This document shows positions 53,075 through 64,000 of a stretch of DNA of 64,000 nt, in pieces. The position numbers were made by a program, and so were the translations under genes. The DNA lies in contig NC_042999.1 in the NCBI RefSeq assembly GCF_006345805.1, forward strand, positions 73,594,001 through 73,658,000. The letters run 5' to 3'. The stretch comes from Octopus sinensis. Its lineage: Eukaryota. The notes beneath the pieces were generated by a model. The model was not told the origin of the DNA, ran no database searches, and was given only the letters and a program-made list of their open reading frames with translations. Numbering within the stretch: the stretch's first letter is position 1; each line of letters opens with the position of its first letter.

Positions 53075-53167
53075 TATTTTACAATCGGTTGATGAATGTA
53101 TTACCCTTAGAAATGGAATCTAAATTTGATTATCATTTTTAGGTAATACATCCACTCATCAGAGATA
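53075..53167 (-). ncRNA. Degenerate hammerhead, 3' terminal copy (CUGAUGA intact, GAAAC lost)
   Basis: tatct-CTGATGA-g-tggatgtattacc...ggtaatacattca-tcaacc-gatt-GTA. Confidence 0.7.
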
Positions 53168-53834
53168 AAGAGGTTGAATTTCCATGTAGTCAATTGATTG
53201 CTATTTAAAAATATATAAAAAAGATGTTTAAAACATCATTTAAAAGTTACTGTTGTAAATATTCTTGTATACAATCTTGTGCTAAATATTTTGAAGGTAA
53301 AATATACATCCATGGTAATATCCTCTGCAGTAATCCATAATGGCTGTAATATAAATCCCATAATTCAGTTCTCTTCAATATGTGATCCATAAATGCAGAA
53401 AATAAAAGGAATTAAATTTTTGCCTTTTGTAGTTGTATATATAAAACTGGAAGAGGTCATTGTTATATTTTATGCAAATGTAAAAATCAGTTAGTTGTAC
53501 ATTGTACAGGTTCAAATTTCAAGAAGACCTTTCTACCATTCATTCAATGGAGAATTTATGTTACGTGAATATATGCATACTCAAAATAATTCAAATTTAG
53601 TTTTCTTTTTTTACTTGTAAGCATATTATTATTATATGTCTATATGAAAAATTAGAAAATTAATAAAAATAAGATATTAATGTGAATCTTATAGTATTTA
53701 AAAGTTTTATAAAACCTATGTGTACATGTGGATAATGCTTCCAATTGGCAATTAATTATTTTGTTAATATAATATGTATAGCAATTCCTTTGTACAAAGT
53801 TGGCAGAGAGAAGATTTATGTATATATAGTGTAA

Positions 53835-53887
53835 TTGAGTCAATGATTGACCAGGATATAAATTATCCTGGTCAATCATTGACTCAA
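53835..53887. repeat. Perfect 24-bp hairpin with 5-nt loop
   Basis: ttgagtcaatgattgaccaggata-taaat-tatcctggtcaatcattgactcaa. Confidence 0.95.
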
Positions 53888-56181
53888 CTACATGGTAAAA
53901 TCCTCTGCAGTAATCCATAATGGCTGTGTATAATATAAATCCCATAATTCAGTTTTCTTCAATGTGATCTATAAATGCAGAAAATAAAAGGAATTAAATT
54001 TTTGCCTTGTATAGTCGTATATATAAAGTTGTTTGAGTTCATGTATATATGTAGCCAATGAAGTAATGTTACTAGTTGTATTTGGTTTAAATGAATATGT
54101 GCTAAAAATCTATGCTTAAAGTTAACAGAGCTCCCTATATATACCATACTGTGTGAGTTATCGGTTTTTGTAACAGTGCATTTATATATCATGTTGAACT
54201 TTCTACATCTGCCTTCTAAAGGACATGATTTTTTATTTTTACATGTGCAATATTTAGTTGTATGTTTTGTGGTATAATCTTTAATATTGTAATTATTATT
54301 CGTTATGGTGCGTGGTGTTATATTTGAATTTGTTGTGGAGTCATTTATAATAGAATTAGGTATATTTACTGTTTTTAAGTTATTGTTCTTAGATTGTGGT
54401 ATTGGATTATCCAAAGCATATTGTATATTTTGAGATGTATGATTATTGGAATTTTGCTGAGATTTTGTTACTGTTATAGTATTGCTGTGTTCTCATAATG
54501 ATATCTATTGAACAAATGTTATGTTGAGTATTATTTGGTGTTCTAGGACTGCTGTCTATTTCATTACTAGTATTATTGTTGTTGTTATTTCCTAAACTAT
54601 TTGTATATTTATTAAATTTTTATCTATTTGAGCTGGCGACAACTAATCCTATATTCAGCAATGTAGAAAATGGTATTTTAATTATTGATCTATTAAATAT
54701 ATAGTGACACATGTGATTATTAGGAAAGCTATTTTGACCATGTTTAGAAATTTGTTTGCTAATCCTTTAACACTTATTGAAAATGAGGGTGTGTACCAAA
54801 TAATTTCCTTATTTCTGCTCCTACTACGTAATTTCTTAGAGTTATATACTGATTGTGGAATTTGCATAGTATTTCTTATGTGTTTTTTATTACTATATTT
54901 AGTTCTATGTCTACCATAACATTTTCTAGGTTTTTTGTCATGTTTTACAGAAGTTTCATCTTTTTGTATTGGTTGAATATTGTTATAGGTAGGGTTATTT
55001 GTATTTCTTAGTTTAGTATTATGTGTAATTTGGTTTAGTTCCATTTGTGCTATATAAATCTTAAGTTTAGTATCTTTTATATATTTAATATTTGGATTAA
55101 ATCCACTTGCAGCAAAAACTTGATTATAATAGTTTGCATGATTTTTTAGATATTTCTTCATTATAGGATAGATCTGAGATTCTAATAGATATACTATTTC
55201 TAATGCTATCAATTAATAATATATGATGGTGAGAATGAATGTTTATACATTTGAGATATTCATTAGGTTTATGGAAAGGAGAATAAGTAGAGGTATTGAT
55301 GTCCAGAATTACATCTAAGAAATTTGCTTTACAATAGCTTTCTTCAAAGGTAATAGAAACCGAAATTATAATAAAATTTTTGGAGTGCTTCCCTCATTTT
55401 TCCTATTTTTCTTTTGGATCTGCCATTATATACCAGGAGAGCATCATCTCTACATAATCTTCCTTTGAGAGAAGGGAAGTATTATCTCATCTTATGTAAC
55501 AGATATAAGCCTATTAAGTCTGTAATTTGTGTGGAATTAGAAGATCCCATGGTAATATCAAATAAATTATTATTTGCAGCATGGCACCATAATTTGTTAT
55601 TAAATTTGTTAAGTGTTTTCTAGCTAGTAGTATTATATCAATTTTGAGTGGTGTAATATCCAAGAGACTTCTGGCTAAAATTATAGCTTTATTTAATATA
55701 ATCGCTATTAATGTCAAATTGTAAGAATGACGGGTTGATCTTATTTGGTAGTAAATGGAACCAAGTTATTACGCCACCTATGCTAAATCAAAGGTCACAA
55801 TTGAGTTTTTTCTTCACTATAGGTATAATTCAATCAAGTATATTTTTACTGATTCTGTCAAGATCTGATTTAGTTGGACAAATTACTCTTATAGATGGAT
55901 TAATATCAAAATAAGATTTGTGGTCCTTTAAGTTGAAGTGTGGTGTATTCATGGACCACATATTGAAGAGAACTGAATTATGGGATTTATATTACACACA
56001 CCCATTATGGATTACCATAGATGATTTTACCATGGATGTATGTTTTTCCTTCAAAACTTTTAGCACAAGATTGTACACATGCATATTTACGACAGTAACT
56101 TTTAAACAATATTCTTAAACAACATCTTTTTCATATATTTTTAAATAGCATTCAATTGACTACATGGAAACTCACCCTCTT

Positions 56182-56274
56182 TATCTCTGACAGTTGGATG
56201 TATTACCTAATAATGATAATCAAATTTAGATTCCATTTCTAAGGGTAATACATTCACGAAACAATTGTAAGATA
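56182..56274 (+). ncRNA. Degenerate hammerhead, inverted 5' copy (GAAAC and GUA intact, CUGANGA lost)
   Basis: tatct-ctgacag-t-tggatgtattacc...ggtaatacattca-C-GAAAC-aatt-GTA-agata. Confidence 0.7.
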
Positions 56275-56407
56275 TTTTAAACATTTAAATAATCACACTT
56301 TATATATTTATACATCTAACTATTAATACAATATATTTTGGACATATCTTCTGTGATGATTTTTTGGTATAATTTTCCTGCACTTATTTTATATAATATA
56401 TATATAT

Positions 56408-56612
56408 GTGTCTGTGTTTGTCTCCCCAACATCGCTTGACAACCGAAGCTGGTGTGATTACGTCCCCGTAACTTAGCGGTTCGGCAAAAGGGACCGATAG
56501 AATAAGTACTAGGCTTACAAAGAATAAGTCCTGGGAGTTGATTTGCTTGACTAAAGGTGGTGCTCCAGCATGGCCACAGTCAAATGACTGAAACAAGTAA
56601 AAGAGTAAAGAG
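56408..56612 (+). mobile_element. 3' half of CORE-like SINE with CR1-type tail
   Basis: Ends ggtggtgctccagcatggccacagtcaaatgactgaaacaagtaaaagag, matching the CR1-like LINE ends in this window. Confidence 0.85.
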
Positions 56613-56754
56613 TATATATATATATATATATATACATATATAAATAAATACAAACATACATATATATACACACACACACAGATATATATATATATATACA
56701 TGTGACCTCGTGTGTACCGTTGGCAATTTTTTTTTCCTCTGTCTTCCCTTCTAT

Positions 56755-56789
56755 GTTTCCGACGAAGAGCTCCGCTCGAAACGTTAAAC
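56755..56789 (+). ncRNA. Minimal type I hammerhead motif (U4->C variant) in a ~180-bp repeat (56700-56885)
   Basis: gttt-CCGACGA-a-GAGC-tcc-GCTC-GAAAC-GTT-aaac. Helices I and II are fully paired and helix III is palindromic (AACGUU). Confidence 0.75.
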
Positions 56790-56932
56790 CCTCCTTCTTT
56801 CCTGAGCGTCCAATAATACTATATTTGTTCCACGTCCTTGCGTTGTTGTTGTTTTTTTGTGTTTTCTTGTTTGGATTAACTTTATACATACATATAAATA
56901 TATACACATATAGATATGTATACATCTATATA

Positions 56933-58154
56933 TCTATAATATAAATTGGACATGGGTGATGGTTGTATTCTTTCTTGTCTTGAGGTTCACAGCCAAACGG
57001 CTGTGTGGATTCGCGTGAAAAATAGCACATATGTGGAGACTGGTGCATAGATTGGAATGCACTTTGTTTTATTTCTGAGAAAATTGATTAAAACTTTTCT
57101 AACGGAATTCCCCTCTTTGTTTAGCCATTAAAACAATCAGTTGCTTACACAGCCAGCATATACCATTTCGCTAGCAACAAGGGGTGTACAGGATGACAGT
57201 CAGCCAAAACTTTCGCTATGCTGTCTCTCTTTCACCTCTTTGTGGGGTTAATAATCTTAATCTTTAGTTACAGTTTCTCATTCAATCTACATTATAGGCA
57301 GAATTGTCGATTAAGACAGTAGGGTATTTTGAAGGAGATTTCACTGCTATTTCTACCAGGTCGAGCTACCATATAGAGGTCTGATGAACATCGAAATAAA
57401 TATCAATGGAAATAGTAGTCGTGATACCTGTGCCGGTGGCACATAAAAAGCACCATCCGAACGTGGCCGTTGCCAGCGCTGCCTCGACTGGCTTCCATGC
57501 TGGTGGCACGTCAAAAGCACCAACCGATCGTGGCCAATGCAGGTGGCACATAAAAAGCACCCACTACACTCGCGGAGTGGTTGGCATTAGGAAGGGCATC
57601 CAGCCGTAGAAACTCTGCCAGATCAGACTGGAGCCTGGTGCAGCCCCTGGCTTCCCAGACCCCGGTTGAACCGTCCAACCCGTGCTAGCGTGGAAAACGG
57701 ACGTTAAACAATGATAATGATGATGATGATATTTGCATTTCAAAAATTTAACAATCTTTTCCAAAAATCAACTATCGTAAACACCTACACACACGCACGT
57801 CCATTTCATATATCTTCTTTCAATTTCTGTTCTCTGCAAATAATTTTTACAGATAAAACTGCTTACAAAAATAGGGATTACTGCATAATTTCCTTCCATG
57901 TTCATAATTAAATCAATGTTTTAATGATTACACAGAGGTCCAGAAACAGACTATGTACAAATTCGATCTTCACAACTCCTGAAGCTATTTTCTGATAGAG
58001 GGGGGGTTAAAAATTTTTTATACAGCTGGAGGCTCCAATCTAAACGGGGGACCCGAAATAAGGTTAAGATATGCTGTTATAGATTATGCTTAACCGAAAA
58101 TGATCACAGCCACATCATCCAAACAGACTGGGTGAAACCGGGCTTAGCTGCTAG
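56933..58154 (+). mobile_element. Non-autonomous Helitron with nested SINE and RTE-tail insertions (~57290-57730)
   Basis: A|TCTATAATATAAA start and gggtgaaaccgggcttagctgCTAG|T end. Confidence 0.65.
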
Positions 58155-58215
<61 letters not shown>

Positions 58216-58344
58216 CACCGTGACAGACCAGGCTATCAGATGTTGCTACACATCGCTGGTCACAATGCGCTTCGCATTGCTTTAGCCTTCAAATGATGCC
58301 ACCCCGCTGGCTAAGTGAGCAGGCTACATATATATATATATATA

Positions 58345-59028
58345 TCATCATCATCATCATTTAACGTCCGCTTTCCATGCTAGCATGGGTTGGACGGTTC
58401 AACTGGGGTCTGGGGAGCCCGAAAGCTGCACCAGTCCAGTCAGATCTGGCAGTGTTTCTACAGCTGGATGCCCTTCCTAACGCCAACGACTCCGAGAGTG
58501 TAGTGGGTGTTTTTATGTGCCACTGACACAGGTGCCAGATGAGGTTGGCAAACGGCCACGATCGGATGGTGTTTGTTACGTGCCCACAGCACGGAGGCCA
58601 GTCGATGCGGTACTGGCTACGGCCACGTTCAGATGGTTTTCTTGTGTGCCACGTGCCACCGGCACTGGTACCACAAAGATACAAATTCCATTGATGTTCA
58701 TCTATTTTGATTTGTTTTGATTTTCACTTACCTCAACAGGTCTTCACAAGTGTCACAAGAAGGAAGGTAAGCACAGGTGGACTGACTACGTCCCAGGTAA
58801 GGGCCACGGGTTATGGCCTGACTAGTCTTGCCGGGTCTTCGGATGGTGTTTTTATGTGCCACCGACATAGGTGCCAGATGAGGCTGGCGAACGGCCACGA
58901 TCGGATGGTGTTTGTTACGTGCCCACAGCACGGAGGCCATTTGATGCGGTACTGGCTACGGCCACGTTCGGATGGTTTTCTTGTGTGCCACCGGCACTGG
59001 TACCACAAAGATACCACAAAGATACAAA
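58345..59028 (-). mobile_element. RTE 3'-UTR copy with ~1.5 units of the 350-bp array
   Basis: Near-identical to 28464-29240, including the junction at 58840/58841. Confidence 0.92.
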
Positions 59029-59029
59029 A

Positions 59030-60220
<1,191 letters not shown>

Positions 60221-60594
60221 TTCATACCTGCAATTCACATGTAAACAGATCGGGAGAGATAGATGAAAATATACAAGGTTAATTAATATTGTTACATTTT
60301 TCTTTGTTTTTTATTCAAATCATCATCAAAGTTAATGGAAGGCCAATACCTCAATATTTTTGGTATGTGTACAAATATTTATTTATTTACATGCATTCAT
60401 AAAAATATAACATGTATGAGGGTTACTATATCTTCCATATCATGCTTTCAATTTGAAAGGGGTGGGGAAAACAAATCATAAAACAATTGATATCATTATT
60501 ATTACCATATTATTATTATTATTATTGATTTTTAGTCAATCAAATACTGACTTTCTCCTCTTTTGCCCTCAATACCCCAAACCCAAATACACAC

Positions 60595-60635
<41 letters not shown>

Positions 60636-62182
60636 ACATACACACATATCTATATACATACACATATACACACACACACATACATACATAAACACACATT
60701 ATGTATGTGTGTGTGTGTGTGTATATGTATGTAAGTATATAATTGCAAAACCCACTAAATTTAATAAAGTACCCTAACAAATGTTAAGGTAGACATAGAT
60801 AATTTGAGTGGAAGAGGACCAGTTTATGATGACCAGACTTGAAGAGGAGTGCAACAAACTGGTAGAGACAGTTGCAGCAATCAAACTCTTCAAAACACCA
60901 GTTAGTTAGCTTTCAGAGGCAATCACTGACAACCTGTATAGAATTTTTCACTCCTAATAGTGTACATCAAACAAAATAAGTGTTCTAAAATTTCATCACT
61001 TCACTTTATTATTACTACTACTATTATTATCATAATATTATCTCTTTAAATTCTTTTCTTTTGTTTGTCTCTTTATATTTGTCTGTTTTTATACCATTTA
61101 TGTCACAAATTTGATAAATTAAAGATTAAAATAAGTATAAATCTAAAGTAGCATGAAATTTCTGGGGAAGGGGTTTTTTTTTTTCTAACAGAGTGAAGAC
61201 AGAACTAGAGGCTTTATGTAACAGACATATTTTTGATATGGTCTACAGATTGTTTTAGCATTTCTTTGGACAGAGAGAAAAATCACCAGATTTTAAAATC
61301 AAATTTCAAAGGTAATTTAAACAAAAAAAAAAAAGCACACACACACAGTGGAAAGAGATGATATTGATAATAGTCATGACAATAATGATCATGATAATAA
61401 TCATAAAACCTTAATTATGCATACTTTAAACAAGTACATTGCCCAGGAATAATAATAATATTAATAATAATAATAATAATGATTTCCTTGGGAGAAGGAC
61501 TTAGGAGTGAAGGACAAGAGTTAAGGGCATGAAATAGACTGACACCTATACATATGTATATACATGTGCAGCATGTTTATTTTTAAACTTTTTTTGTCAG
61601 GCCAATATGGTGATCAGTGAGAGGAGGAGGAGGAGAGAGAGAAAGGAAAAATATTCTTAGGCAATAATAACTTCACAACTTTCTTCATTTTCCAATCTGT
61701 TCTTATGAAGCTATTTTTCTGTACACTGAAGTGATTGGAAACGGAAGGGGACAGATTAATGAGAGAAGGGCGAAGGGCAGAGCTATAGCTAGACAGAAAT
61801 GATGTCTATATTGTCGGTGTCAAATGGATACATAGGGAACTCAATAACAAAGAAACAATAACAGCTATAATGCAGCAATCACCAAAAAGAAAAAAAAATT
61901 TAATCCACAGAGCATCCATTCGTTGGCATTTTTTTGTTTTTGTTTTGTTATTTTTAGCAGCAACAAGCTTATCTCAAATTTCTTTCCTAGTACATTTTCT
62001 GAGGAAAACGTTTTTTTTTGTTGTTTTATTTTTTTGCTTTGTTTTGTTGATAATCCAGAGGTTAAAAACAATTTGGGAAACGGGGGGGCTGAAAAAAAAC
62101 TGTAGTTTTATTCAACAGTTGAATAAAGCAGCTCCTGTTGCTGCTTATGTTGCTGTATCCACACTAATCACCCTGTAATTAT

Positions 62183-62216
62183 GTCAAACATGTGCTGGGC
62201 ACAGCACATGTTTGAC
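62183..62216. repeat. Perfect 15-bp hairpin with 4-nt loop
   Basis: gtcaaacatgtgctg-ggca-cagcacatgtttgac. Confidence 0.95.
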
Positions 62217-62738
62217 TAAAGTTACAATACTTAGTTGAGCATGTAAGTGTGTATAAATGTATATGCAAGAAGTATTATGCATGCATCATCAGTATTTGTA
62301 TAAATCAATGCATGTCAGTGGACAAAGAGCTAAGTCTGAAGTTGTCAGTATGCCAGGAGAATTAATATAGGCTGAGTATCACAAGAAAGGGTTTGTGGAA
62401 CTGCTTCGAGGTGGAACTTGCTGTTGTGTGGCAGCAGACTAAAAAAAGAAGAATAATTTTTCTTAAAAGATACAACATAAAACAATAGTCATTATTTTTA
62501 TATAACTTATAAATAAAGAAATGATTAAATGCCAACATTCTACATTGTTATTGAAGAAAATCAATACAGAGAGACTAATTATTGATAAATATTAATTTAT
62601 AAGTTTATAACTTTTCAGACTATTTATAGACTTTATCTTAGAAAGTACATTTACATGTTTCAGCTTAAACTCCAAGTTTCATTATCTTACACTGGATTCA
62701 AGTTAGGAACTTTTATTTCTAAGTTAAAGAATGAAAGC

Positions 62739-63324
62739 TTTGTTGAGTCTAGGGAGAGTCATTATGCCAATACTACTATTAACACATGCACTGGTTCAAT
62801 TTCATTCCTTTATTAATAGTCAATTGGTTAAATATCCAACTAATTGATTGTTTAATCTGGTTAAACATGACCATACATGACAGGTGCATGTGCATGCACA
62901 CAAACTCATATGCAGACACATTCAAGCATGCATACACAAGGAAGTAGAAGTACACACAGATACACAAACACACAAGCATGCACAGACACATGAATACGCA
63001 GAAGAATACATACAAGCATACAAACGTGCACACTGTTGCACACACACACACATGCAACAAGGTTTCAAGCAGACAAACAGGGCCTCTGTAACGGACTAAG
63101 AAGAAAGTCATTGAAAAAGTTGCAAATAGCAACAAAAGTGCTTTTACAAAAAATGAAAAGAAAAAAGAAGAGAAAAATGACAAACAAAAACAAAATAAAT
63201 GACTAAATTAAACAAACAAATGATTAGTTAGTTGGATATTTAACCAATTGTCTAATAATAAAGGAGTGGAATTGAACCAGTGCGTGTGTTAATATTGGCA
63301 TAATGACTCTCCCTAGACAACAAA
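62739..63324. repeat. ~100-bp imperfect inverted repeats around a ~375-bp CA-rich spacer (foldback/MITE-like)
   Basis: 62739-62846 versus 63223-63324. Confidence 0.85.
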
Positions 63325-63774
63325 ATTTGTTTCAACATACGAATTCACATAAAGAATCTTGCAAACCAGATACAAAAACAAAATGAAAGCTTTTAGTCAC
63401 TAGGTCATTGATGGCTGTATAATTAGTGATATGATTTTAGTTTATTTCAATTTACATTTATATTGAGCTGAAGTCAACACTAGGCTAACTGATTGAGTTA
63501 TCATACATATAACTATAAGGTTATAATAGTTCAGAAAATTTAGAATCTTAACAACTTCTCTCATTATATTATATTTGGAATGGTCATTTTTTTTTTGTTG
63601 CTAAATAAAGAAATGCGCTATACATTTGTTCTTCATTTGTTTATTAATGTTCTTATTTTATGTCCATTGTCTGGAAATCTTTCGTCACAGGTGGCCATTC
63701 CAAAATATAACAATATCTGTTTCAACACACAGTTTCATTTCAGGAATCTTGCAAAAATTCATAAATGTAACTGC

Positions 63775-63925
63775 TAGGTGGTTGGTGTTAGGAAGGGCAT
63801 CCAGCTGTAAAAATCCTGCCAAAAGTCACAGAAGTCTGATGCAGGCTTCTACTTGGCTGGCTCCTGTCAAACTGTCCCACCCATGCCAGCATGGAAGGCA
63901 ACATTAAAACAATGATGATGATATA
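63775..63925 (+). mobile_element. RTE 3'-tail fragment
   Basis: gttaggaagggcatccagctgtaaaa...ccatgccagcatggaa..atgatgatg. Confidence 0.8.
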
Positions 63926-64000
63926 ATTTATCTCAGAATTACAAATATTTAATAAACAATCTACAGATGACCATTGTCCTTGGAACTTCTATTCCACTTT

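Larger units (their letters stand above)
52850..56386 (-). mobile_element. Decayed Penelope-like element (Naiad/Neptune-type RT plus GIY-YIG) with inverted ~440-bp terminal repeats
   Basis: LKDHK, FLQFDI, FDITMGS, CRDDAL, IIWYTPSF, CTCKNKKSCPLEGRC, VYIGSSVNFKHRF, SLCQLC. 52953-53396 is the reverse complement of 55945-56386. Confidence 0.9.

Noticed and set aside
54204-54248. Selenocysteine-encoding PLE variant
   Set aside because: The zinc-knuckle Cys codons are TGC or TGT. The in-frame TGAs elsewhere fall at non-Cys positions and look like decay.
60805-60905. Possible coiled-coil exon (MMTRLEEECNKLVETV) with a gttagt donor
   Set aside because: Acceptor is poor, and there are no partner exons or recognisable homology.

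Overview
AT-rich, microsatellite-dense animal genomic DNA with one 100-N gap at 30823-30922. The repeat families look cephalopod (Octopus-like); this is inferred, not shown. The only host gene I can support is a complete six-exon ZFPL1 (cis-Golgi zinc finger protein-like 1, 346 aa, + strand, 6990-20770). The rest is transposon-derived: RTE and CR1-like LINEs, tRNA-derived SINEs, two non-autonomous Helitrons, Penelope-like elements (PLEs), inverted-repeat elements and simple repeats. Most notable: (1) a 332-bp element with 74-bp terminal inverted repeats and an intact canonical type I hammerhead ribozyme in its centre (28001-28332); (2) a heavily decayed RAG1-like/Transib transposase fossil just downstream of ZFPL1, whose motifs keep near-RAG1 spacing (about 21990-23620, minus); (3) a Naiad-type PLE whose two inverted terminal copies each retain a different half of a hammerhead core, plus two minimal hammerheads elsewhere; (4) a ~350-bp tandem array built from an RTE 3' UTR, with the same junction in a second dispersed copy; (5) several perfect fold-back palindromes. 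All protein and RNA comparisons were done by eye against remembered sequences and need computational confirmation.
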